DNA of 64,000 nt from Bugula neritina (Eukaryota > Animalia > Bryozoa). The notes under the pieces were generated by a model. The model saw only the letters and a program-made list of their open reading frames with translations, did not search any database and was not told the origin of the DNA. The number at the start of each line of letters is the position of its first letter. The stretch's first letter is position 1. Below, piece by piece: positions 14,996-51,558 of the stretch. The stretch is from the NCBI GenBank assembly GCA_964035545.1, contig OZ037768.1:21187700-21251699 (forward strand), written 5' to 3'. A program made the translations under genes and the position numbers.

Positions 14996-15301
14996 TGTTA
15001 TGTTTTTCAGAATTAGGGTCGATGTGCAACCAAGAGAGTCTATTTACTGCTAGAGAAACTTCACCGTGATAAGTCGAGTAGATATTGTTATATTTAGGTA
15101 CAAAGATACATAATAAAGTTTGATATACAACAGTTAATAATACACGCGTCTATTTAATTTACTGCACTATCCTCAACTGGCTAGTAGCGCGAAGCTCACT
15201 ACTGCTATTTATATCAACTTAGCTAGTTGGCTGGGTATATAATTCCGGGTCAATACGCGACCTCGCAAATTGCGCTGCTGGTAGCTCCACGAGACACCAC
15301 A
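14996..15301 (-). repeat. 3' LTR of element 1 (306 bp)
   Basis: Direct repeat of 22150-22437, differing by ~10 substitutions and an 18-bp indel (gtagcgcgaagctcacta). Confidence 0.97.
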
Positions 15302-15596
15302 CTGCCCCCTCCAGCAGAAAGCCCTCTTTCTGATAAAAAAAAATATAATTCACACATAAAAAACTTATACATCAGTGGGCTATGAGAGAAACAATATAAA
15401 AAATATATACAGAGCCAACTGGTTAGATACATATGTATAAAAGAATATGCACAATGAAATGATACTAAGTAATTAATGAGTCCTATCTACATGTAGAGTA
15501 CGTGCCACCGTAACGGTAGGGAATGCCACAGAGAGGTAGTAGAGGAGCGAGATGGAAGTTGAAGAGGGAACTCATCTTAATCTTGGGCCGCTCGTT

Positions 15597-16654
15597 TCAT
15601 ACGTTTGATGGACTCCTGTAGCGACCGGAGTTCACTGGATGCGGCATGAATGCGGGGGGGGGGGGGGCTAGTCTGTATACTTCTCGCTCCAGGTCGTTTG
15701 CCCTAGTCTCTACTTCTCGTAGGTTGCGGGCTAGGGGGGATGAGCGGGAGAAGGTCTGCTGTTGCCGGTATCTTTTTCGTTCTGAGGATGGGAGTGGGGG
15801 AGGGAGTGTGTACGTCTTCGTGTCTACCCTCTGTAGTACGACACGGGGAAGTGTATGCGGTTGACGTAGGGGACTGAGAGGCGGGGAATTAGATGATTTG
15901 GTAGACTTATCCAGGGGTTCAGAGATGATGGGTCGAGGAGAGGGAAAGCCTTGCTCCAGGCGAGACAGCCGAGCTGGGTCGGTGATGAGAGGTCTGATAG
16001 CTTCAAGGAATGCGGGGTACGATGATTTATCTACGTCGTATCCTGAAAGCAATGCATGGTGCGTTGATGACGCAGTAGATAATCTCAATTGTAACTATAT
16101 TCCCCGCAGGGGCAGAACGTCGTGATATAATGCTGTGGCAAATGGACTCTCAGTCTACGATGGGTTGTAAACCGCTGTTGACATAGCCGGCACTCGCGGT
16201 TACTGTCATCTCCTATATGTTTCTTAATTTCCGTCTCTGTGGCAGGGGTAGTCCAGTTAGAGGTTGCTTCTAGCTGGGGTGGCAGTTGTTTGGTTGTGGA
16301 AGTTGGTGGGGCCGGCTCCGGGTCCCACGCCATCTCTAGGGAAGGCATGCCCGGAGAGACGGGCGCGAGTGTGTCTACAAAAGTAGAATTATTGTTAGAT
16401 CGCGGTGGATCTTTACAACATAATTCTAGTGACTGTCGACTGTTACTAGTCTGAGAGTCACAACTTTTAGAATGCACTCGAGAAACCAGTGAATCATGTG
16501 TGGACTGACCAAGAACAGTGTCTAGCTCCAGGTCTAACAGACCGTCGGCCATTACAGTGTCCTCGTCGTCATTCACGTGAAATGTGGTTCCCAGTAATTC
16601 TGATTCAATCTGATGAATTAGTTCAGAATTTACTGGCATCGAGCCCGTTTCCAT
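15597..16654 (-). pseudogene. Element 1 accessory ORF (C2H2-like zinc fingers plus coiled coil), disrupted by a stop and a frameshift
   Basis: CRLCQQRFTTHRRLRVHLPQH-YITTFCPCGEYSYN*DYLLRHQRTMHC...RNLREVETRANDLEREVYRLAP; homologous to 34122-35179 and 37137-37894. Confidence 0.85.
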
Positions 16655-16773
16655 GGATAGGAATACAAGACTTATACTGGCTTACCTGTGAACTCGGTAT
16701 TAATGTCCATACTCAACGTTCTTGGTAAGGTTGGAGCTAGTTGTGAAGTACGTCTGCCTTTGGCGATGTCAGC

Positions 16774-19700
16774 TTAAGAAAAGGCTGGGCATCGTTTCTG
16801 AGGCACGAGGTCGGAACTATTTGCTTTACGCGCATTAATTCCTCCCACTATTCCGCCCTCGCAAAAGTTGATATTTGCGTGGGGTTCACAACTCCAACAT
16901 TTTACCGTACGGTTTTCCCCTAGACTTTCATGCGTGCCGCTTTTAATGCAGTCACATACGAAGTCTTTTAAATATGGTGGGGGTTTCCTCGTGCGCTGTC
17001 CCCGTTCTAGGGGGGGTGACACGCTTGCTGGTTTATTAGCAGGTGCCTCTAATGGCGTCTCTACTTCACCATTAGCGGTCACCTCTTCTTGTTCTCCGAA
17101 TGGAGCCCCTCCCTCCGTGGGGGTTTGCACTGCCAGAACCGGCTCGGTTTCTAGAAATGATGGAATTAGACTTGGCGGCGGCGGACACGCTTCTGTTGGC
17201 AAAAGCTGTCGCTCTTCTCTCACCAAGTTTTCCTCCCGCGGTATGACCACTTCATATTCAGGTCCATGCCGCCGTCGCCCGCGTGTTGTTGTCTGCCTCC
17301 TGGGCTCCAACAACGGGGGGGGCTTCTCCCACTGCGTTGGGGCTAGCCCAATACGGCTTCAAGCGAGACTCATTCTGGATAGACACCTGTCCTGAGCGCT
17401 CAATCTTGTACGTATGGTTGGGCATAGCCTCGACGATCACGTAGGGTCCCACGAGCTTAGGCTTTAATTTATCAGCCTGCCCGCGACGCCTACGGTAATT
17501 GACCATCCACACCTTATCTCCCGTTTGGTAGAGGGGTGGTTCCTCGGAATTTTCGTGCCGCACCTTCCACTGCTGTTCGCGCAGTATATCGTGTGCGGCC
17601 CTCATCCGTTCCACTAGTTCACTGGCATACTCGTGAACCGAGTTGTCTTGCTCTGGAACGTAGTAGGTAAGATGGTCAGGGACACGAGTTTCTCTCCCGA
17701 GCATCAAGAGGTTAGGGGTCTCACCAGTACTGGTGTGTGGGGTGCTACGGTATGCACGCATGACTTGCGGCAACACCGTATCCCATTCCTCTTGGCCGCG
17801 TCCAAGGAGGAGACTCCAGAGCGCATCACCTAGCATCCGGTTATTGCGCTCTACCACCCCGTTACCTTGAGGGTGGTAGGGGGTAGTCCGGCTCTGATTT
17901 ACTCCCCAGAGGTGGCAAAGGTTGCTCATCAGTTGAGGCTGGAACTGAGCGCCTTGATCAGAGTGTATCTGTTCGGGGAGACCAAAATAACAGAATACAT
18001 GTTGGTCTAGTGCCCTGGCCACTGTTGGGGCTGACGCATCTGGGATAGCCAGAGCATCCGCCCACCTAGTAAAGTGGTCGGTCAGTACTAAGATCCAACT
18101 ATTGCCTCTGGGGGTCAGGGGCATGGGTCCGACCAGGTCTACAGCGACTACTTGCCAGGGCCTGCCAGCATATAGCCTCCGCCGTCCCGCTTCACCAGGG
18201 AGACGGCTATGCTTACTGGCCTGGCAGATCTCACACTGTTTCACTCTGAGTCGGACGTCACGCTCCATTTGTGGCCAATACCACCGGAGCCGTAATTTGG
18301 AGATCACTCTCTTGACCCCTGCGTGGGCCTGTTTGTGAGTGTCCCAAATCAACTCACGGCGGATGGCAGTGGGGCAGACTACCCTCTTCCTCTCTGGGTG
18401 TCTGCCGCTGGCAGCTAGAGAGATGGTTAGTAAACCATCCTGCCCGATCCGCAGCGAGTCCCAACGCTGACAGTATAGCCGGAACTCGGCGCATCCCTGT
18501 CGTATGCGTTCCTCGCTGGGTCGTCGCCCTTTCCTTTTTGCCCGATATATGTCTGCCACTACTCCAGGCAGCTCCTCTTGGAGCTTCTTCAGCTCTCGAA
18601 CATTATCGGCCAGTACAGGGTTGGCGCGGAGGTTTTGTACAACCTCCGGGGACTTGTCAACCTCCTGTCTGAGTTGACCTTGGTCCCAGTCAAACGGTGC
18701 TCCGTGGTGAGCCAGCGTCTCCAACTCGCATCGCGGGGGACCTCCATTCCTCCTCTCGATGTTGAGACACTGTTTGCAACCTCCATCAGGTCGGCGACTC
18801 AAACCATCCGTATTGCTGTGTCTCTTGCCCGGTCGGTGTTCGATCCGGTATGAAAATTCAGCTAGGATTTCGAGCCACCGAGCGACCTGACTGGAGGGCT
18901 CTGCTCTCTTGCACAGCCAGATCAGCAAGGCATAATCCGTACGCAGCCGGAACTTCCTGCCGTATAAGTATGGTCTGAAGTGCTTCACTGACTTAATTAC
19001 TGCCAGCAGCTCCTTGCGGGTAGTGCAGTAATTTCGTTCAGCGGGTGAGAGAGACTTACTGTAGTAGGCTACTACTACCTCTCGGCCTTCCTGCACTTGA
19101 GACAGCACAGCGCCAACATTTTGGTCACTGGCGTCAGTGTCGAGGATGTACTCCAGAGTGGGGTCTGGGTAGGCCAAGATGGGCGCCGTTAGTAGGCAGC
19201 CCTTGAGGCGGTCGAACGCTCCTTGTTTGACTGGGGTCCACTGCCACGTCACTCCCTTTGCGGTGAGCTGGTTTAACGGCTGTGCTATGCCCGCAAAGTC
19301 TGGTATGTATTGCCTGTAATACCCTACCAGCCCCAAGAAAGCCCGGAGTCCGGTCAAGTCTTGGGGGGTGACCCAGTCTTCTATCGCCCGTACCTTTCCG
19401 GGATCCGTTGCCACGCCGTTTCGACCGACAACGTGACCCAGGTACTTGACCTCCGGCTGCAATAGAGCGCACTTGGAAGGTTTGAGCTTAAGACCAGCAC
19501 CTCGGAGCCTCTCGAAGACCTCTTGCAGACGACTGACATGCGTCTCGAAGTCTGGGGAGATCACGATGACATCATCAAGGTAGACCAGCAGTGTCTTCCA
19601 ATGGAGCCCGCTAAGGACTTGCTCCATCAGCCTCTGGAAGGTGGCTGGGGCGGAGGTTAGCCCGAAAGGCAACACCTTCCACTTCCACAAACCGTCCCGT

Positions 19701-20371
19701 GTGATAAACGCCGCTTTCTCCTGGGCGTCGGGACTCAGAGGAACTTGCCAATAGCCACTCAGCAAGTCTAACGTACTGAAGTACTTGCTGCCGGCTAGGG
19801 CGTCCAATGACTCGTCAATACGAGGTAAAGGGTAGGCGTCCTGTATGGTTACGCTATTAGGTTTGCGGTAATCCACACAGAACCGCCATCTGCCGTCTTT
19901 CTTCCGGACCAGTACGACCGGCGAGCTCCACGCACTATGGGCGGGCTCTATGAGGCCGCGGTCCAGAAGATCCCGTACTTGTCGGCTAACCTCCTTCTCT
20001 TTTTCCGGCCCCAGCCTGCGTGTGGGTTGCCGGACAGGGACTGTCCCTGCAGTCAGCGGTATTTCGTGTCTGACAACTCCAGTCAGCCCCACGTCATTAT
20101 CTCCGCTGCTGAACACATCACCGTAGTCGCGTAGCAACTTCGCCATAACTTGGCGTTCCTTGTTGCTCGCGCAGCCGCCACAGGCTGTTTTGTACAACTC
20201 TTGGAGATGTGTTGGGACCGTCCCTCGCCCCTGAGTAGGGTGTCGAGGGGGTGCCTCCGTCGCGTTACCCAGCGACGGGCCCACGTCCTCCTCCTGGACG
20301 GAGTGGAACCGACCCAGCATTGACCCAGCTGGAAGCTCGATGGGCTCAGTAAAAGGGTTGACACACTGCAC
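16774..20371 (-). CDS. pol: Element 1 pol: RT, RNase H, integrase, plus a frameshifted Pro-rich tail (16774-17313)
   Basis: ORF 17258-20371 has RT YLDD, RNase H TDASD, IN zinc-binding HKQAH...CEIC and DDE core VDLVG/SDQG/VERNN. Confidence 0.95.
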
Positions 20372-20387
20372 TAAGATCTCCCCTCGC

Positions 20388-20957
20388 TCAGTTTAGTCGG
20401 TTTAAACTACTGGCGAGTTGGATCCTTTTGTGCGCGCCTTCAACGACCCCGAGTCTGGCTATCTGGTTGCTGTTCACTCGGCAGTGGATAGTAGCTCTGG
20501 AGCGTCCGGGTACGGTGCAGTTTCGAACTACCTGGACACTGCCCACCAGAGGACGCCCAAACTTATCTACACAGGCGAGTTCTCGCCCGCCCATCAGCAC
20601 TACCGACTTGCTAAAGTCTACTCGGCACTGGTGCTGCTTCAAGAAGGGCATTCCGAGGATAGCATCTTCCTCCAGTTGGCTTATGACAAAGGTCTCCTGT
20701 ACAGCCTGGTCTCGGACACGCCCAGGGAGCTCGATAATACCGTAGAAGGGAATACACGACCCGTCTGCTAGGGTGCCATGTTCTCCCGTATACGGTCGTA
20801 CTCTATCCCTGTCCCGCCGGGGCAGTGCCTCAAAGACTCTACGACTGAGAAGGTTGGTAGTACAACCGGAGTCTAGCAGGAAGGTGACGGCGTTACCCGC
20901 CACCTTTCCGGGTAGGAAATAGCTCTCTCCGTGTGGTTGTACTTTCACCCCCCGCAT
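20388..20957 (-). CDS. Element 1 aspartic protease region
   Basis: FLLDSGCTTN active-site motif and ILGMPFL; collinear with the element 2 gag-pol. Confidence 0.9.
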   Translation of the reverse strand: MRGVKVQPHGESYFLPGKVAGNAVTFLLDSGCTTNLLSRRVFEALPRRDRDRVRPYTGEHGTLADGSCIPFYGIIELPGRVRDQAVQETFVISQLEEDAILGMPFLKQHQCRVDFSKSVVLMGGRELACVDKFGRPLVGSVQVVRNCTVPGRSRATIHCRVNSNQIARLGVVEGAHKRIQLASSLNRLN

Positions 20958-21246
20958 GTGTTGTCCTGGATGGGTAGGACAGCGGGGGTTTCACCCGTGG
21001 TTTACGGGGTTTCCGGCGGCGAGGTTGGCGCCGGCGGGGTTCGGAGCTCTCCACTGGGCCTTCCGGCTCTATTTCAGTGGCGGGCTCCTCTTCCCGAGGT
21101 AACCGGTGGAACCGGTTGGCGAGTGGCAGGGAGAAGGTACTCGGCCGCTGTGCGGGCCTGCTAGTCCTGCGTGGTACCTGCCACTCGGGGGGGAGTGTAC
21201 CGTCGCGTCCGTACGGACAGACGACGGCGTGTCCCACCATACTCCT

Positions 21247-22116
21247 TCAGTTGCGGCCCGCTGGGAGGAAGGGCGTCCGCGGGCCGTGACAGTTTAACGC
21301 CCCTTGGTGTTGGGGTCGTCCTTGCTGTCCATGGTCTTGACCAGCACTACTCCAGCCCGGCCCCGCAGGTGTTGGGGGCAACCGCAGGGCCTGACCGGGG
21401 CCAGCGCCGGCCAGAATCGTTACCAGCTGTCCCAGCATCTCTACCATACGGTCCACTTCGGCTTCTAGAGGGGGAGCTCCGGGGCCCGTCGTAGCTCTGG
21501 CAGCACTGACTCCAACTGCTGGTGGGTTCCGTTGCGCTTGATGCATTTGGGTAGCCAACAGGTAAGCTTCTCCAGCCTTCAGGGCTTCCTCTATTCTGGT
21601 TATCCCTTTAGCTCGTAGTTGATGGTGTAGGCCCAGGTCGTTTAGGGACTGGACAAAGGCGTCGTAGGTGTAACACTCTTGGTGTGGTGCTGGTAGATCA
21701 CCATACGCAATCTGTGCCAGCTTCTTCACCGTCGCGGCATGTTCTTGCAGCGAGGTCCGCGGGGCGCGGCACAATCTCTGTAGCTTGGTCCTGGCGTCTA
21801 TTGCGAAGATGCCAAAACGGGCCCGCAACGCAGCCAATATCCCGTCTACGGTCATTCCTACTCCGTACGGCTTGGCTTGCTCCGTCAACACTCTCCGCAA
21901 TTGGATAAGATCGGCCACTCTATGCGGCCATTGTGCAATATCCATTACTTCTCTAAACTCCTGTATAAACTGTTCGACATCTTCTGACCCAGTAAAGGTG
22001 GGGGCTTTCAAGCAATATCGATAAGCTTCTTCTCCCACATGATTCACAGGATTAACATCATTTCTACGCTCACCTTCTACTGGGGGTGGTTGCCTTCTAG
22101 CATTTTCAGTCTCCAT
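21247..22116 (-). CDS. gag: Element 1 gag
   Basis: APTFTGSEDVEQFIQEF capsid-like N-terminus directly after the PBS; homologous to element 2 gag, but the zinc knuckle is degenerate. Confidence 0.85.
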   Translation of the reverse strand: METENARRQPPPVEGERRNDVNPVNHVGEEAYRYCLKAPTFTGSEDVEQFIQEFREVMDIAQWPHRVADLIQLRRVLTEQAKPYGVGMTVDGILAALRARFGIFAIDARTKLQRLCRAPRTSLQEHAATVKKLAQIAYGDLPAPHQECYTYDAFVQSLNDLGLHHQLRAKGITRIEEALKAGEAYLLATQMHQAQRNPPAVGVSAARATTGPGAPPLEAEVDRMVEMLGQLVTILAGAGPGQALRLPPTPAGPGWSSAGQDHGQQGRPQHQGALNCHGPRTPFLPAGRN

Positions 22117-22130
22117 CTTTGATGTACACT

Positions 22131-22148
22131 ATCCCACCGCTGCCACCA
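22131..22148 (-). other. Primer-binding site complementary to the tRNA-Leu 3' end
   Basis: TGGTGGCAGCGGTGGGAT, 1 bp inside the 5' LTR, complements ...AUCCCACCGCUGCCACCA of animal tRNA-Leu(AAG/UAG). Confidence 0.9.
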
Positions 22149-22149
22149 C

Positions 22150-22437
22150 TGTTATGTTTTTCAGAATTAGGGTCGATGTGCAACCAAGAGAGTCTATTTA
22201 CTGCTAGAGAAACTTCACTGTGATAAGTCGAATAGATATTGTTATATTTAGGTACAAAGATACATAATAAAATCTAATATACAACAGTTAAAAATACACG
22301 CGTCTATTTAATTTACTGCACTATCCTCAACTGGCTACTGCTATTTATATCAACTTAGCTAATTGGCTGGGTATATAATTCCGGGTCAATACGCGACCTC
22401 GCGTATTGCGCTGCTGGTAGCTCCACGAGCCACCACA
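22150..22437 (-). repeat. 5' LTR of element 1 (288 bp)
   Basis: Adjacent to the PBS; direct repeat of 14996-15301. Confidence 0.97.
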
Positions 22438-22608
22438 TAAGTTGTCATTTTCAATAAATTAAAAAAATATTGTAAAACTTCTTATCTCCCTCTAAATTCA
22501 GATATGAGCTGTGCCATGAAGAGATGCACAGACTGTGTTATACTAAAGTATAATGGAAAGCTCATTACTCACTGTATCTGGACTATCTTAACACACTGAC
22601 TCAGCAAC

Positions 22609-47274
<24,666 letters not shown>

Positions 47275-49316
47275 ATAGACTTAGCTCTTTGAAAAACTAT
47301 AGTTGCCTGTTATTCTATATTCCTGCCCCTCCTCTCTCTCTCTATCTACTTGGAGGCTATGCTAAACACAAACCATTTTATATTTCTCGATGCTAGTGGT
47401 TTGCCGATTCTCTTATAATAGTATAGATTTGGTTCTATGGGTATCACAACTTCTGTGTCCCTGAAAGAGTGTAGAACTTATTATTTTCAAATATTATAGT
47501 CACATATTTCCACTGCTTTATATATACATTTATTTTCTGAAAATTATGATAACAGAAGCCTGTTCGTGACTCTATAAACGCTAAGCAAAAGAGTTATTAT
47601 AGCTACATAATATGTATTATATGATATTGGTTCCAAATCTTTGATCTATTGGTTTGATTTATCCATATTCAACTAGTGATTCAAATATAGTCATATTTAT
47701 ATTACTTTGTTATGTTTTGCTTTGTTATTACAAGTCTGTAGTAACAGTTACATATATTATGTAATATTATAGATCATATTGTTTAAATTATAAAGTTATC
47801 ATTTGGCTAGACCACTTTGTTCTATTTAATGCAACAAATTCCTGCTTCATTTGATAAAATTAATAAGAATAGAGTGGTATGATATTCATATATGCTAGCT
47901 GGTTCAAATCTAGCACTTACAAAGTAAAGCCTGAAAAAAACAAAAGACAGCTAGACAAAATGTGTGAGCTTTTCTAAACATAGTTCTGATTGGCGGCAGC
48001 AAAAATTAAATACAGGAGATTATTGGGGAACCATTATTATAGGCACAAAAACAAACAAGCAAAAGTAACTATATAGGAGAAAACTTTAAATACTATAAAG
48101 CAGTGCGTAGCAGTCCATTGTATAACTATAAAACTAAACTCTAGCTATGCAATATAGCAAACTGACTCAATTTTCCAAGAAAACAAATTAATATCAAGTA
48201 CTGGTTGAAAACCGCATGGTTAATAAATAATAATTAACTTGGCAGTACTTATTCATCAAATAACAACTGCCAAATATACAAATTTTTGTGAGAATTTAAT
48301 CTACAATTGCATAAAACAACTGATAGCATATTTACACCCCATGCAGAACTGCGTCTAGTGTTTTTATTGCAGCCATAGCGGAGATCAGCATTTGGAGTTT
48401 TCTTCCTGCTTCAAATAGACAGTATTATTCCATGAATCTCCAACTCTAGATGTTAAAAGTCTCATTTACTTTTACAGTAGTTACTCTCACATGTCTACCA
48501 TACATTCTATATACTCTAGTATGAAATGTAATCAAAAGTATACACTTGTGAAACCTTGTAAGTTCAGCACAAAAATATGTATAGTTTTCTTCAATACATC
48601 TTCATAATACTATTTTGCTCAACTATGATTATAACATATTATGATTGAGTGGTGCTGGTTGGACAAAAAGCTCGTTCTATATAGTGGTAGATATATACAG
48701 TCAGAATTGAAATTGTGGGGCCACCGACAAATAATTTTTGTTGCTATAGTAATTCATATTTTGCTCAATATTTATAAAGAAATACAATACAATATCCCAC
48801 CAATGGAAAGCTAAATAATATGTTCTTTGCAAGAATACATTATTAAATTCTCCCTGTGCTATCAATAAATAAAAAGTACAAGAATTATTATCTAACACAA
48901 TATAACCTGATTAAACTAACTAAAATATGTTTGCTTTTCATATGCTATAGTAAAATACTGCTTTTAAAATCTTCAAACTATGTTTTCTAAAAAAGCTATA
49001 TATTTATGCTTGCTCTGCATTTTCAAGCTAAAAACAAAAGCCAGTTTTTAAAAAATTTCTTTTTTTCTAAAAAAAGGTTAAGCTACATATAATTGATATA
49101 TTCAACAGCCCTTTTGGTTTGGTTGCAATTCAGAAGACCTAAACACGTGTGTGGCAACGTTACCAAGAAAGTGCTGTTTGAAATAGATTACCTTATTTTA
49201 TTCAACAAACTTTTCTAAGGTGTAGCTGGGGAAATTCTAAAGAGCTGAATTTGAAGTGACAGTCTTTATTCGACTATAGATTCAGCAACTTCAGTATTTA
49301 GTTCTACTTCTAGACA

Positions 49317-50406
49317 ATGGCAAAGGGATATCGTTTTGTGATTCCTAAGCTGGTAGATCAGGTATGTATACATAATGTAGCATATGTAATGGTAGGCACA
49401 TATGGAATTGTTTTAAAGTTTAGTTTGAATTGAATTTTGAAATATCTGTGTGGAAATTTTGCACCTATAAGCAGCTCCGTGTTGGGGGTGAATGAGTACA
49501 GTAATTAGGGGTCTGAGTTTGGAGTTGGGGCTTCAAACTTTCAAACCTGAACATTAAACTGCTGAACTCAGTCACCTTCAACTGGGGGCTGCTTGTAGAA
49601 AAATGGTACGCTCATCCATGCACCTTGCCTCGTATACCATCATGGGAAAAAGAATGAAAAGTACGATAGGCTACTTTACACTCTTAACATGGTTACCATG
49701 GTTACACATGTACTCAGTAGATGTGCAATCAAGTGGCCTATTGCATATGGTGTCATACACATCATAGTAGTTGTTAGCATATTATTATAATTATTAGGTA
49801 TATGCAATATATATATAATTATATATATATAGTACTACTTATATATATTATATAGACCACTAATTATAATATTGTATTTATGACTGTTATATAAAATGTT
49901 GTATATAATAATAAAATACAATAATTCTTTTCAATTATAATAATGATTGCTAATTTTGAATTATATAAAGAATTTTATAGCCATGCATTCAATATGTATT
50001 TAATTTACATACGTATAGTGATTTTGGAATGCAAGAAAAAGTTATCAATTTTATATTAGTAATAATACTATCAACATATTCATTCAAACAAAAAGTTGTT
50101 AGAATATTGTTAATACTTCTGTAGCCACGTCGCTGCTGCTGTTACTGCCAGTGCTCCAGAATTGCCAAGGCAGCGGTGGCAAACACGAATAAAGAAGCTC
50201 TCAGACTTGAAGCATTACAGAAAGAAGTGAGCAGTATCTCTGATGCCATGCAGGAGAGTACGTCATCAGATAGTAGCTGGCAGAGTGATTCAACACACAG
50301 GAAGTCTCTTCTGAATGAAAGTAGTCTGCTACAAGGAGCTGTGGGTTCAGCTATACTCTGGTTGATTATGAAAGGATTCCACTTGGTACTGAAGGTGGTT
50401 TGGTAG
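49317..50406 (+). CDS. Small two-exon protein (~108 aa): Cys cluster, helix with BH3-like motif, C-terminal hydrophobic tail
   Basis: Exon 49317-49361 (acaATGG, donor CAG|gtatgt) joins in phase 0 to 50125-50406 (acceptor ttctgtag): MAKGYRFVIPKLVDQPRRCCCYCQCSRIAKAAVANTNKEALRLEALQKEVSSISDAMQ...GAVGSAILWLIMKGFHLVLKVVW*. Confidence 0.6.
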
Positions 50407-51558
50407 ACAAGAACTTATTTCTAACAGCTATTGTCAAATTCTTTACACTCATTTATATGAATTATAGTTGTATAGTAATGAGTATGAGAAAACTATATCA
50501 GCATGTATTTTTTCATCATTTATTGAATCGAAATTTATATTCAAAATGATGAACTTTAAGTAATGCAGTTATAAGTAAATTAGTAATTATCAGGTTTTCA
50601 TGCATTCTACTTGACAGATCTTATATGCTTTAAAGGCTGCAAAATAAAGCTGAAAATGTTTAAGTTGAATTCAATGGTTTGCATGAGATATCACAGTTTA
50701 GCAGAGTCAATATACTCTACCATCAGTATGAGACAACTGCCACAAGAGATGTTACACTTAGAATAAATCTCTTTCTTTATTATACATAGATTGATACAAA
50801 ACTATAATAACATTCTGTGTATCTTGTAAAACCCTAGCTGTCTGTGTTGATTATAAGTCTGTAATGAAAATGTCTTACATATAAAATAAACTAGGTTTTA
50901 GATTTAACAAGATTAGCTCAAAATACCTCTGCTGTAGTAAAACTATTTTATTGTATTCTGTTACAGTAAATATAATAAAATATATGATTTATGACTGGAA
51001 ATATAAAAAGATACAAAGAAAAACCGACAAGTTGGTGTATTACTGTACAGCAGTATAACATATATTCTGTGTTATCAGCAGGGGGCAGCTATCCTATAGG
51101 GGGTTCTAGGATACTAACTTGATTTGGGAGTAGCCCAAAGAATGTGAAAGAATGTGATTGCTTAAGAATCCAGTTTCTCTCCAGACATATTTTTACCAAA
51201 ATACAATTATTATCACAGTTGCAAAATAATATGTCATCCGTCCAGAGCTAACATGAAAGATATAATATAATTTGAAGATTTATCTAGAAGCTACTACTTG
51301 TAATATATATAACTATGGTACAGCTATATACAGACAAATTGTCTTATTATAAATAAAGTTGGCAAAATTCTTTACATTAACAAATTAATGGCAATCTCTT
51401 GGGCTCCATTAACGTGTAAAATATATAAATTTAGTGTGTAGAATGATTTTTACTAAAAATTACAAAAATAGTATAAATGAGGTGGGATTTGATATGAAAA
51501 TGGTTGTTGATAATTTGTTTTGAGCAATATTGAGTCGAATACCACACTCTGTACCCGG

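Larger units (their letters stand above)
14996..22437 (-). mobile_element. Ty3/Gypsy LTR retrotransposon (element 1), full length but decayed
   Basis: TG...CA LTRs at 22150-22437 (5') and 14996-15301 (3'). 4-bp TSD TAAG at 14992-14995 and 22438-22441. tRNA-Leu PBS present; gag-PR-RT-RH-IN order. Confidence 0.97.

Noticed and set aside
22597-22606. TGACTCAGCA (AP-1/ARE-like site) just before the candidate ATG
   Set aside because: A single 10-mer next to a tentative start codon with unknown TSS; it cannot be distinguished from chance.
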